Positions 8,745-18,253 are shown, counted from the first letter of the stretch. The stretch: 64,000 nucleotides of DNA from an uncultured Acidobacteriota bacterium (GCA_963728825.1 CAVSLA010000004.1:714176-778175), one strand, 5' to 3'. Notes: generated by a model from the letters alone, not told the origin. Program-made: numbers and translations.

Positions 8745-8787
8745 GCCCTGAGCCCTAAGCCCTAACCCTCTGAGCCCTGAGCCCTAC
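8730..8787. repeat. GCCCTGA/GAGCCCT heptamer tandem array between convergent genes
   Basis: gccctga-c-gccctga-gccctga-gccctaa-gccctaa-ccctctga-gccctga-gccctac. It overlaps both flanking stop codons. Confidence 0.9.
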
Positions 8788-9377
8788 TTTCTCTCCTTGT
8801 AATCCTCCGCGGACGCCGGATCGAGCTCCCACCGATGCTTGTCGCGATCGGCCACCTTGTCGCTCGCGCGCAGCTCCTCGTTGTCCTGATACTCGATGCC
8901 GATCGCCTTGCCGATGTCGTCGACGACGTCCTGATCCGGGGTCGGGTTGTCGCCGCCTGGCGTTTCGTCGCCGCTGAAGTAGGCCTGCTCGAGATTGACG
9001 TCGACATCGCCGCCGGTGATGCCGCGCGTCATCGAGCCATGAACCTGACGGCTCTCCTCGAGCTCTGCCCGCCCGGTGCGCGCGGCCGAGCCATGGCGGT
9101 TCATGTCCAGCGACGAAGGTGGGGTCGGGATGCTGTCGCTCGAGCGTGCGGCGGGGACGGTTGAGGCGCGGCGTCTTGCCGGCGAGCGTCGGCGACTTCG
9201 CGTCGGGGAGCCGCCTTGCGGGCGGCCTTCGCGCCGCATCGCGGCTTTCGTGCCGTCTTGCAGTGGCCCTGCGACTTGGAGCCTTTTCGCGTCGTTTTTG
9301 CCGATCGCCGCGCCTTCGCGGCTTTCTTCGCGGGCCTTGGCCTTCCGCGCACCGCTCCTGGCCTTCCGTTTGGCCAT
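8784..9377 (-). CDS. Hypothetical protein with a basic N-terminus and a conserved acidic C-terminal domain (DUF6335-like by recollection)
   Basis: Start MAKRKARSGARKAKA preceded by GAAGGAG. C-terminus GITGGDVDVNLEQAYFSGDETPGGDNPTPDQDVVDDIGKAIGIEYQDNEELRASDKVADRDKHRWELDPASAEDY. Confidence 0.6.
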   Translation of the reverse strand: MAKRKARSGARKAKAREESREGAAIGKNDAKRLQVAGPLQDGTKAAMRREGRPQGGSPTRSRRRSPARRRASTVPAARSSDSIPTPPSSLDMNRHGSAARTGRAELEESRQVHGSMTRGITGGDVDVNLEQAYFSGDETPGGDNPTPDQDVVDDIGKAIGIEYQDNEELRASDKVADRDKHRWELDPASAEDYKERK

Positions 9378-9398
9378 CGTGCCACTCCTTCGGTTACC

Positions 9399-9428
9399 TT
9401 GACAGTTTAGCGATAAGTGTCGTACTCT
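9399..9428 (+). promoter_or_regulatory. Candidate sigma-70 promoter upstream of rpsA
   Basis: TTGACA (9399-9404), an 18-nt spacer, then TACTCT (9423-9428). The -10 element is weak. Confidence 0.3.
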
Positions 9429-9479
9429 CTGTTGCTTATCGGAATCCAGCAGGTCCATACAGAAGCCGCTGAAGCCGAA

Positions 9480-9650
9480 CTTGCGGGGCGTCGGCTCCCG
9501 CTCTCCACCCGCCGACAATCGATCGACCCATTCGACAAGCTCGAGGTCATTCTGAGCAACGTCGAAGGACGACACGAGGAGGACGCGCAAGGCATGGCGA
9601 AGGTCGAAGACGAGCACACTCCCGGTGCGGCCCGGGGCGGTGCAGGCACA
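9480..9650. repeat. Degenerate copy of the REP/MITE-like element
   Basis: 9521-9572 (gatcgacccattcgacaagctcgaggtcattctgagcaacgtcgaaggacga) closely matches 13674-13723 (atccgacccttcgacaagctcaaggtcgtcccgagcaacgtcgagggacga). Confidence 0.7.
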
Positions 9651-9720
9651 CTGGACCGCGAGGACCGCGCCGCCGATCGCGGCGGGTCTGAAAGCCCTGC
9701 GGCGGGACGACGACGAACAC

Positions 9721-11389
9721 ATGGACCCCACGGAGTTCGAGAGTCTCCTGAAGGCCTACAATAACAGCTTCCAAAACATCGCGGAAGGCGAGGTCGTCAA
9801 GGGACGGTCCTCAAGGTCACGCCCTCTGAAGTGATCGTCGACGTCGGCTACAAGTCGGAAGGCATCATTCCGATCGACGAATTCCTCGACGAGACCGGCC
9901 AGGTCACCGTCGAGGCCGGCGACATCGTCGACGTCCTCCTCGAGCGCACCGAAGATCGCGAAGGCTACGTCGTCCTCTCGCGCGAAAAAGCCGAGAAGAT
10001 GAAGATCTGGGACGAGGTCGAGAAGGCCTATGCCGATCGCAAGGTCGTCATCGGCCGGGTCATCGAGCGGATCAAGGGCGGCCTGGCGGTCGACATCGGC
10101 GTCCGCGCCTTTCTTCCCGGCTCGCAGATTGACGTTCGTCCGGTCCGCAACCTCGACGCCCTGCGCGGCCAGGAGCTGCGGATGCGCGTCATCAAGGTCA
10201 ACAAGAAGCGCGGCAATATCGTGCTGTCCCGCAAGGCGCTGCTCGAGGAGGAGAACGCCGAGAAGAAGAAGCACACGCTCGAGACGCTGGCCGAGGGCAA
10301 GGTGCTCAAGGGCGTCGTCAAGAACATCACCGACTACGGGGCGTTCATCGACCTCGGCGGCATCGACGGCCTGCTGCACATCACCGACATGTCGTGGGGC
10401 CGCGTCGGCCATCCGTCCGAGCTGTTCAAGGTCAACGACGAGATCGACGTCATCGTCCTCAAGTACGACCCGTCGACCGAGCGGGTCTCGCTGGGCCACA
10501 AGCAGCTCATCACCGATCCGTGGGCCAACGTGATGGACCGCTATCCGGTCGGCGCACGCGTCGGCGGCAAGGTGGTCAGCCTGACCGACTACGGCGCCTT
10601 CGTGGAGCTCGAATCGGGGGTCGAAGGCCTGATCCACGTGTCCGAGATGTCGTGGAGCAAGCGCGTCAAGCACCCGTCGAAGATCCTCAACGTCGGCGAT
10701 ACCGGTCGACGCGATGGTGCTCGGCGTCGATCCGACGGCGCGGCGCATTTCGCTCGGCTTGAAGCAGGTCGAGAGCAATCCGTGGAACGACCTGGCCGAC
10801 AAGTATCCGGTCGGCTCGCGGATCCAGGGCAAGGTGCGCAACCTCACCGAGTTCGGCGCGTTCGTCGAGGTCGAGGAAGACATCGACGGGCTGATCCACA
10901 TCTCCGACATGTCGTGGAGCAAGCGCGTCAAGCATCCGTCGGAAATCCTGAAGAAGGGCGACGTGGTCGACGCGATGGTCCTGAACATCGACGCCGACAA
11001 CCAGCGGCTGTCGCTCGGCCTGAAGCAGCTGGCGACCGACATCTGGGACGATTTCTTCTCGCGCCATCACGTCGGCGACACGATCGAGGGCAAGGTCGTG
11101 CGGATGACGAACTTCGGCGCCTTCGTCGAGCTCGACGAAGGCATCGAGGGGCTGATTCACGTGTCGGAGTTCGACGACTCGCGGCACGCCGGCAAGGACG
11201 GAGAAGATCGATCTGAAGGTCGGCGAAACCTATCCGATGAAGATCATCAAGCTCGCGCCCGAGGAGCGGAAGATCGGGCTCTCGATTCGCGCGCTGAAGT
11301 CCGATGAGTTCCGCGCCGACTGGGAGAGCTACCAGGAGAGCGCCGGCGACGGCACGGCGACGCTGGGCGATCACTTTCGAAATCGGTAG
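9721..11389 (+). CDS. rpsA: 30S ribosomal protein S1, reading frame broken three times
   Basis: Repeated S1 domains (GEVVKG.VLKVTPSEVIVDVGYKSEGIIP..., GKVLKGVVKNITDYGAFIDLGG, GGKVVSLTDYGAFVELE, GKVRNLTEFGAFVEV, GKVVRMTNFGAFVEL). Frame changes lie near 9803 (a missing base), 10704 and 11200 (extra bases). Stop at 11387-11389. Confidence 0.9.
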
Positions 11390-11395
11390 CGCTAA

Positions 11396-11454
11396 AGGGC
11401 TAATGGCTCAGGGTGGGTGCAAGGTAGCCCTGAGCCCTCAGCCCTCGAGCCCTG
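11396..11454. repeat. AGGGCT... / AGCCCTG heptamer arrays in inverted orientation downstream of rpsA
   Basis: agggcta-atggctc-agggtgg... followed by agccctg-agccctc-agccctcg-agccctg. ggctcaggg (11405-11413) can pair with ccctgagcc (11428-11436). Confidence 0.85.
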
Positions 11455-11470
11455 ACAGGGAGTCACCGCA

Positions 11471-11818
11471 ATGAATGGCGGCAGCATGACGAAGGCGGAG
11501 CTCGTGGAGGAAGTCTCACGGGTGTCCGATCTGACGAAGAAGCACTCCGAAGTGATCGTCGATACGGTGTTCAAGAGCATCATCGACGCGCTGCATCGCG
11601 GCGAGAAGATCGAGCTGCGGGGCTTCGGGAGCTTCCGGCTTCGTAAGCGCGAGCCGCGCAAGGGACGCAATCCGAAAACCGGCGACAAGGTGGACGTGCC
11701 GCCGAAGAAGGTCCCGTATTTCAAGCCCGGCAAGGAACTGAAGGAACTGATCAACCGCGAGCCCGAGCCGACCGCGTCGCCGACCGGTCAGGCGCCACCC
11801 GACGCGCTCGCCGTTTAA
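11471..11818 (+). CDS. HU/IHF family DNA-binding protein (IHF beta-like)
   Basis: MTKAELVEEV...GFGSFRLRKREPRKGRNPKTGDKVDVPPKKVPYFKPGKELK. The start may be the second ATG at 11486. Confidence 0.85.
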   Translation: MNGGSMTKAELVEEVSRVSDLTKKHSEVIVDTVFKSIIDALHRGEKIELRGFGSFRLRKREPRKGRNPKTGDKVDVPPKKVPYFKPGKELKELINREPEPTASPTGQAPPDALAV

Positions 11819-11827
11819 GCGCTCTGA

Positions 11828-11859
11828 AATTTACAATTTACCATTGTAAATTGTAAATT
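11828..11859. terminator. Perfect 14-bp hairpin built from two AATTTAC heptamers and their complement
   Basis: aatttacaatttac-catt-gtaaattgtaaatt directly downstream of the IHF-like gene. There is no T-tract, so terminator function is inferred. Confidence 0.5.
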
Positions 11860-11862
11860 CGT

Positions 11863-12396
11863 ATGGAGCGCCTCTGGTCTCCCTGGAGACTCGCCTACGT
11901 GACCGGCAAAACCGGCGACAAGGGGCGGTGCGTGTTCTGCGACGCGGCCGATCCGGCGCCCGACCCCTCCGGCCAGGACTCGCTGGTGCTGGTGCGCGGC
12001 GAGCGGTCATACGTCATCCTCAATCTGTATCCCTACAACAACGGCCATCTGATGGTCGTGCCGAACCGCCACGTCGCGTCGCTGGTCGACACGACGACTG
12101 ACGAGCTCGCCGAGATGATGGCGTTCACGCGCGACGCGGAGGTCGCGCTCAACGAAGGCTATCAGCCGCAGGGCATCAACGTCGGGATCAATCTCGGCCG
12201 GCCGGCCGGCGCCGGCATCATCGATCACATCCACATCCATCTCGTGCCGCGCTGGACTGGAGATACCAACTTCATGTCGGTCGTCGGCGGCACCCGGGTG
12301 CTGCCGGAGGACATGCAGGAAACCATCGCGCGGCTGCGACCGATTTTCGAACGGCTCAAGGAGCGCCACGAAAGCGCGAAGGCACGAAACGGCTAG
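11863..12396 (+). CDS. HIT family protein (Ap4A phosphorylase / nucleotidyltransferase-like)
   Basis: Histidine triad IIDHIHIHLVPRW and an N-terminal CVFC motif. The last codons run into a CACGAA-rich repeat. Confidence 0.8.
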   Translation: MERLWSPWRLAYVTGKTGDKGRCVFCDAADPAPDPSGQDSLVLVRGERSYVILNLYPYNNGHLMVVPNRHVASLVDTTTDELAEMMAFTRDAEVALNEGYQPQGINVGINLGRPAGAGIIDHIHIHLVPRWTGDTNFMSVVGGTRVLPEDMQETIARLRPIFERLKERHESAKARNG

Positions 12397-12412
12397 TCAC
12401 GACAACACGAGT

Positions 12413-13562
12413 ATGGTTCTCGAGCTGACATCGGAGCAGGTCGCCTTCAAGCAGTCGATCGAGCAGTTCGCGCGCGACGTGGTGGCGCCGCGGGCTGCCG
12501 CGATCGACGAGTCGGGCGAATTTCCGCTCGACGTCGTACGGGCCGCGGCCGGTCAGGGGCTGCTCGGCGCCACCATACCGAAGCGTGGGGCGGCGCCGGG
12601 CTGCGATTTCATGCGCTACGTCCTCGCCATCGAGGCGATTGCGGCGGCCAGCGCCACGGTGGCGGCGTCGCTGGTCGTTCACAATTCATTGGTCACCGAC
12701 GTGATTGCGCACGCCGGGCGCGCCCCGCACAAAGAGCAGTGGCTGCAGGAAGCTGGCGTCGCGGAGAGGTCGATCGGCGCGTTCGCGCTGTCCGAGCCCG
12801 AGGCGGGGACCGATGCCGCGAATCAGAAAACGAAGGCGGCCAGGACCTCGAAGGGCTACCGTATCACCGGCCGGAAGGTCTGGGTCGCCAACGCCGACGT
12901 CGCGGCCGTCGCGATCGTCTTTGCCTGCACGCGACCGGGTCTGCGCGGACAGGGCGTGACCGCCTTTCTCGTCCCGTTGGATACGCCGGGGATCACTCGA
13001 ACGGCGCGCGCCGACTCACTCGGCGTGCGCGGCCTGGGCTGCATGGATCTCGATCTCGACATCGAGGTGAGCGACGAGTCAGGTGCTCGGGTCGATCGAT
13101 CAGGGATTTCGACTGGCGATGTGGGCGCTTCAGGGCGGCCGCGTCGCCATCGCCGCGCAGGCGCTCGGCATCGGCGAGGCGGCCATCGGCGAGGCGATCG
13201 CGTACGCGAAGGAGCGCGAGAGCATTCGGGCAGCCGATTGCCAACTACCAGGCGATTCAGTGGATGCTCGCCGACATGGCGACCGAGCTGGAGGCCGCGC
13301 GGATGCTGACCTGGAAGGCCGCGGCCGTGCGAAGGAGCAGCAGGAGCGGATCACCGTCGAGGCGTCGATGGCCAAGCTCGCGGCCTCGGAAGCGGCGCAC
13401 AAGGCGGCCGACAAAGCGATGCAGATCCTCGCATCGGCCGGCTATCGCCGCGGTTCTGTCGCCGAACGCCTGTTCCGCGATGTCCGCGCCACCGAGATTT
13501 ATCAGGGCACGTCCGAAGCGCAGCGGATGATCATCGCAAACGGGATTCTGGCGGCCGGATAG
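12413..13562 (+). CDS. Acyl-CoA dehydrogenase, reading frame broken about three times
   Basis: ORF pieces 12413.., 12739.. and 13083.. join to give ...GAFALSEPEAGTDAANQ...AKERE|AFGQPIANYQAIQWMLADMATELEAARMLTWKAA|...EASMAKLAASEAAHKAADKAMQILASAGY...EIYQGTSEAQRMIIA. Changes lie near 13078, 13225 and 13330. Confidence 0.8.
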
Positions 13563-13603
13563 GGACAGAAGGGCTCAGGGCAGGGCTCAGGGCTCAGGGC
13601 TAA
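13561..13603. repeat. AGGGCTC heptamer tandem array
   Basis: agggaca-gaagggctc-agggc-agggctc-agggctc-agggcta, starting within the stop codon of the upstream gene. Confidence 0.9.
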
Positions 13604-13775
13604 GACGAGCGGAGGCGGAGGGCCCCCGCGCCAGAAAAGCGCCTGCGGCCATGCGAGCCCGAGGACGAGCAAATCCGACCCTTCGACAAGCTCAAGGTCG
13701 TCCCGAGCAACGTCGAGGGACGAGGGCGAGCATCATCGTAAGCACGCGCCGGGGTGGGGCCCCGGCGCGAGTGAA
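13604..13775. repeat. REP/MITE-like intergenic element, the fullest copy in the window
   Basis: The GC-rich ends gcggagggcccccgcgcc (13616-13632) and gcgccgggg-tgggg-ccccggcgc (13746-13768, 9-bp stem) are inverted relative to each other. The interior matches 9521-9572 and 5395-5414. No ORF. Confidence 0.7.
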
Positions 13776-13789
13776 TAAGGTCAATCATC

Positions 13790-14902
13790 ATGACCAAACC
13801 GATCAGCCGGCGTGATTTCGTCAAGAGCGCCAGCGTCGCATCTGCCGTCGCCGTCGCGCGGCCGGCATTCGGCCAGGCGCCAGCGGTTCGCACGTCGGGC
13901 GTGAGGCCTGTCGTCATTGCCTCCGCGAACGGTAACCGCTACCGGAACGGCGGCAGTCAAACCGCCGTTGAAAAGGCGTTCGCCGCGATGGTCGGCGGCG
14001 CTGACGTGCTCGATGCGCTCATCGCCGGCGTCAACATCGTCGAGCTCGATCCGGAAGACGCCAGCGTCGGGTATGGCGGGCGGCCCAACGCCGACGGCGT
14101 GGTGCAGTTGGACGCCTGCTGCATGCACGGCCCCCGGAAGCGGGCCGGCGGCGTCGCCTGCCTGGAAGGCGTCCGGACACCGTCGAAGGTGGCGCAGCAC
14201 GTGATGGACGTCACGGATCACCATCTGCTGGTCGGACGCGACGCCCAGGCTTTTGCCCGCAACATGGGCCACGCCATCGAGGCCGACCTCAACACCGAAC
14301 GGTCGCGCACCCTCTGGCTCGAGTGGAAGCGACGCACCGATCCCGACCGTTACCTGGATCCAGCAAAGCGCGTGCAGGCCTGGCATGATGCCGGTCTGCA
14401 GATGGTGCGCGAGGGGCTGATCGACCCCGAACACTACTGGGGCACGATCAACTGCAACGGCATCAACGCGCGCGGCGAAATCTGCGGCGTGACCAGCACG
14501 AGCGGGCTCGCGTGGAAAATTCCAGGACGGGTCGGCGATTCGCCGATTCTGGGCGCCGGGCTCTACGTCGATGGTGAAGTCGGCGCCGCCGGCTCAACGG
14601 GTCGCGGCGAAGCGAACCTCTACGCGCTCTGCTCGTTCCTGATTGTCGAAGAGATGCGCCGCGGTTCGCATCCAAAGGACGCGGCGCTCGTGGCGCTGCG
14701 CCGTGTCCAGAAGAACACCGTCGAGCAGCGCCTGCTCAATAAACGCGGGCTGCCGAACTTCGGCCTCAACTTCTACGCGCTCAACGCCAAGGGCGAATTC
14801 GCCGGTGTGTCGATGTACGCGTCGACCTTCGCCATCTGCACCGAAAACGGAGCGGAGACGCGCAACACCGAACCGCTTCTGCCGGGACAGGCGGACCAAT
14901 AA
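13790..14902 (+). CDS. Ntn-hydrolase asparaginase / glycosylasparaginase family protein with a Tat signal
   Basis: MTKPISRRDFVKSASVASAVAVARPAFG (twin-arginine signal) and GVTSTSGLAWKIPGRVGDSPILGAGLYVD. Confidence 0.8.
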   Translation: MTKPISRRDFVKSASVASAVAVARPAFGQAPAVRTSGVRPVVIASANGNRYRNGGSQTAVEKAFAAMVGGADVLDALIAGVNIVELDPEDASVGYGGRPNADGVVQLDACCMHGPRKRAGGVACLEGVRTPSKVAQHVMDVTDHHLLVGRDAQAFARNMGHAIEADLNTERSRTLWLEWKRRTDPDRYLDPAKRVQAWHDAGLQMVREGLIDPEHYWGTINCNGINARGEICGVTSTSGLAWKIPGRVGDSPILGAGLYVDGEVGAAGSTGRGEANLYALCSFLIVEEMRRGSHPKDAALVALRRVQKNTVEQRLLNKRGLPNFGLNFYALNAKGEFAGVSMYASTFAICTENGAETRNTEPLLPGQADQ

Positions 14903-14906
14903 ATCA

Positions 14907-14989
14907 GAATTGGTGAATTGGAGTGTTGGAGAGTTGGTGAATGAAGAACTCACCAACTCACCAACTCACCAGACTCACCCGCCAATTAC
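14907..14989. repeat. 8-bp tandem array TTGGTGAA/TTGGAGWG followed by the inverted array CTCACCAA
   Basis: aattggtg-aattggag-tgttggag-agttggtg-aatgaaga then actcacca-actcacca-actcacca-gactcacc, between convergent genes. The right end overlaps the corrected stop of the acyl-CoA dehydrogenase (14986). Confidence 0.9.
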
Positions 14990-16160
14990 CCTAGCATCTG
15001 CTTTGCGATTGTCTGCAGCTGCAGGTTGCTGGTCCCCTCGTAGATCTGTCCGATCTTTGCGTCGCGAAACAGCTTTTCGACAGGATAGTCCTTCACGAAC
15101 CCATAGCCTCCGAATAGATTGACGGCCAGCGAAGTGGTCGCGCTCGGCGACCTCCGACGAGAAGAGCTTGCACATGGCGGCTTCGGTCAGGAAAGGCGTG
15201 GCCGGCATCACGCAGACGAGCCGCTTCGTAGACCATCAAACGGGCGGCCTGCAGGTCGGTGGCAGCGCGAGCAATCTGATGCTGGACCGCCTGAAAGTCG
15301 GCGATCGGCTTGCCGAACTGACGACGTTCGCGAGTGTATCTGATGGTGTGATCGAGCGCGCCGTGCGCCAGACCGACCATCTGCGCACCGATGCCGATCC
15401 GTCCCTCGTTCAGCGTCTCGATCGCGACCTTGTAGCCTTTGCCGACTTCACCGAGGACATTGGCCCGCGGTACGCGGCAATCCTCGAGCAGCAGCTCGCA
15501 GGTGCTGCTGGCGCGGATGCCGAGCTTGTCTTCCTTCTTGCCGACCGAGAAGCCCGCGAAGCCGCGTTCGACCAGAAAGGCCGTGATGCCCCGGTAGCCG
15601 GCGTCCGGGTTGGCATTGGCGAAGACGATGAAGAGGTCGGCCTCCGCCGCATTGGTGATCCACAACTTCCGGCCGGTAATCGACCAATGGTCGCCCCGGT
15701 CCACGGCCCGCGTGGCCATCGCGAACGCGTCGCTGCCGGAGCCGGCCTCCGACAAGGCGTAGGCGCCGAGCGCTGCGCTCGCCAGCTTCGGCAGATAGCG
15801 CTGCTTGATTTCGTCGCTGCCGTAGCGCAGCAGCGCGTTGATGAACAGCGTGTTCTGCACGTCCACACAGACACCGACCGACGGGTCGACCCTGGAGAAC
15901 GCCTCGACCGCCAGCACCGCATGGAAGAACGTCGCGCCGCCTCCGCCGAACGACTCCGGGATCTCGATCGCCATGACGCCCAGCTCGAACAGTCGATCGA
16001 TCAGGGCGCGCGGCATCTTGGCCTGCTCGTCCATTTGACGCGCCAGCGGCCGGACTTCGCGGTCGGCGAACTGATACATTCCGTCGTAGAACAGCCGCTC
16101 GTCGTCGGACAGAACCGACAGCGGTGATCGCGCCATCTCGGTGGTCTGCATGAGCCGCAT
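14986..16160 (-). CDS. Acyl-CoA dehydrogenase, reading frame broken twice near the 3' end
   Basis: ORF 15093..16238 carries ...[15 protein letters not shown]...[39 protein letters not shown]. After changes near 15200 and 15140 the C-terminus reads [69 protein letters not shown], with a stop at 14986-14988. Confidence 0.8.
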
Positions 16161-16201
16161 TGTAGGCCCCTGCGCCAGGGTTTTGCGTCTAATATAGGAA
16201 C

Positions 16202-18251
16202 ATGGCTGGCGTTCGCACTCGTCTGGGCGTGCTGGCATTGGCGTGCGGCGTCACCGGGGCGCGTGCTCGCCGGACAGAATCAGCCGGCGCCGGCCGCTGC
16301 CGATCAGCAGCCGGCAACCGATCACGCAGCCCGACCTTCAAGGGCGGCATCAGTTTCGTGCGGGTCGACGTCATCGCCTCGAGCAAGGACGGCTCGGCGA
16401 TCGCCGATCTGCAGCAAGGCGACTTCGAAGTCACCGAGGACGGCAAGCCGCAGAAGATCGAGACCTTCCGCTTCATCGAGCTCGACGGCGGTCTGATGGA
16501 GACCGGCGGCAAGCCGGCGCGCCAGATCCGCACCGATGCCGACGAGCAGAATGAAGCCGCCCGCGACGACGTGCGGTTGTTCGCCTTTTTCCTCGACGAC
16601 TACCACGTCCGCCGCGAATCGAGCCTCGCCAGCCGCCAGGAGATCTCGCGCTTCATCGAGACGCAGCTCGGTCCGACCGACATGGTCGCGATCATGTACC
16701 CGCTGCAACCGATTGCCTCGATCCAATTCACCCGTAATCACGACAGCGATCCGTCGCGGCATCGAACAGTTCGTCGGGCGCAAGTTCGAGTACGAGCCAA
16801 AAAACGACTACGAGCAGAAGATCGCCTATTACCCGACCGAAACGGTCGAGCGCGTCCGCAACCAGATCTCGCTGTCGGCGCTCGAATCGCTCGTCTCGCA
16901 CATGGGAGGGCTGAAGGAAGGACGCAAGACGCTGGTGCTGGTCAGCGAGGGCTACAGCAACATGCTGCCGCCGCAGATGCGAAACCGCTCGGCCGCAATC
17001 GGCGATGTCGACAACCCGTCGCGTAACGATCCCAACGCCGGCCTCGACAACCCGAACGAGTTTCGCGCCCAGATGGCCGCTTCGTTCGATATGCAGGAGG
17101 ATCTGCGGCTCATCTACCAGGCGGCGAATCGCAACAACGTGTCGATGTACCCCGTGGATCCGCGCGGCCTCGCGACGAGCGAGTTCAGCATTGCCGAAAA
17201 CATCAACTCGCGGACCGATCGCGACTACCTCAATTCGACGATGGACACCCTGCGGGTGATGGCGGAGCAGACCGACGGCCGGGCGATTCTGAACCGCAAC
17301 AATCTCACGCTCGCCATGAAGCAGATCGTGCGTGACGCCAGCGCCTACTATCTGCTGGGCTACAACTCTGCGGCAGCGCCGACCGATGGCAAGTTCCACG
17401 AGATCCGCGTGCGGATCAAGCGTCCTGGCGTGCAGGTGCGTGCCCGGCGCGGGTACTGGGCCGTTTCACCCGCCGACATCGAGCGGATGACGAGGGCGGC
17501 GGCCGCGCCGGTGACGCCCAAACCGGTGGAGAACGCCCTCGCCGCGCTGGCCTATCCCACCCGCATGCGGGTGATTCGCACCTGGATTGGTGCCGAGCGC
17601 GGCGAGAACGGCAAGACGCGCGTCACGTTCGTCTGGGAGCCGAATCGGCCGCCTGGGCTGCGCGACGGTGGGCAGCCGGTCCGGGTCGCGGTCACCGCGG
17701 TCGGGACCGATGGCGCTCCGTACTTCCGTGGACGTGTGCCGGCCACGGCGCCGACGAGCACGACACCGGCAGCCCCAGCCGCCGGCGCACGCGTGACGTT
17801 CGAGGCGCCACCGGGAGCGCTGCAGCTTCGGCTGTCGGTGGAGGGCGCCGACGCGCAGGTGCTCGACGCGGAGACCCGCGAGCTGACGATTCCCGACCTC
17901 ACCGCAACCGGCGTGCTGTTCGGCACGCCGGCCATCTACCGCGGGCGGACCGTGCGCGACATCCAGCAGTTCAGAGCCAACCGCGACGCGTCACCAACCG
18001 CGATCCGCGAGTTTCAGCGAACCGATCGGCTGCTGGTCCGTGCGCCAGCGTACGACAACGCTTCGTCGGTCGCTGCCCGGGTCTTGAATCGCTCGGGTCA
18101 AACGATCACCGAGCTGCCGGTGTCGACGGAAGGCAGTGAGGTGGTCTTCGAGATGGTGCTCGCTTCACTGCCGGCCGGCGAGTACATCCTCGAACTCAGC
18201 GCCGCGGGCAGCGACACGAAAGAGCTGATCGCGTTCCGCATCACCGGTTAG
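16202..18251 (+). CDS. VWFA-related acidobacterial-type protein, paralogue 1, one frame break near 16745
   Basis: PTFKGGISFVRVDVIASSKDGSAIADLQQGDFEVTEDGKPQKIETF...RLFAFFLDDYHV... joins ORF 16536..18251 (...GRKTLVLVSEGYSN...YPVDPRGL...GKFHEIRVRIKRPGVQVRARRGYWA). Confidence 0.75.
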
Positions 18252-18253
18252 AC

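Noticed and set aside
8730-8787. CRISPR arrays as an explanation for the tandem repeats, here and at the other array loci.
   Set aside because: The periods are 7-11 bp with no unique spacers between units, the arrays are shorter than 100 bp per arm, and there are no cas genes. This is incompatible with CRISPR architecture.
9417-9764. ORF 9417..9764 (115 aa) and other small ORFs reading through the REP/MITE-like copies.
   Set aside because: The peptide-like string FDKLEVILSNVEGR is produced by the repeat consensus itself and recurs in the non-coding copy at 13674-13723. There is no ribosome-binding site or coding-like context.
9721-11389. Interpreting rpsA, trpS, cmk and the other frame-broken genes as true pseudogenes.
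   Set aside because: These are essential single-copy functions with otherwise perfectly conserved motifs on both sides of each break. The breaks are single-base changes, several of them in short homopolymers. Sequence or assembly error is more parsimonious, though I cannot verify this without reads.
16262-16335. A possible pair of compensating indels in the N-terminus of the first VWFA gene. An alternative frame gives VLAGQNQPAPAAADQQPATD, which looks like a more natural post-signal-peptide linker.
   Set aside because: Both frames are low-complexity and I have no conserved motif to discriminate between them. It is left as written.
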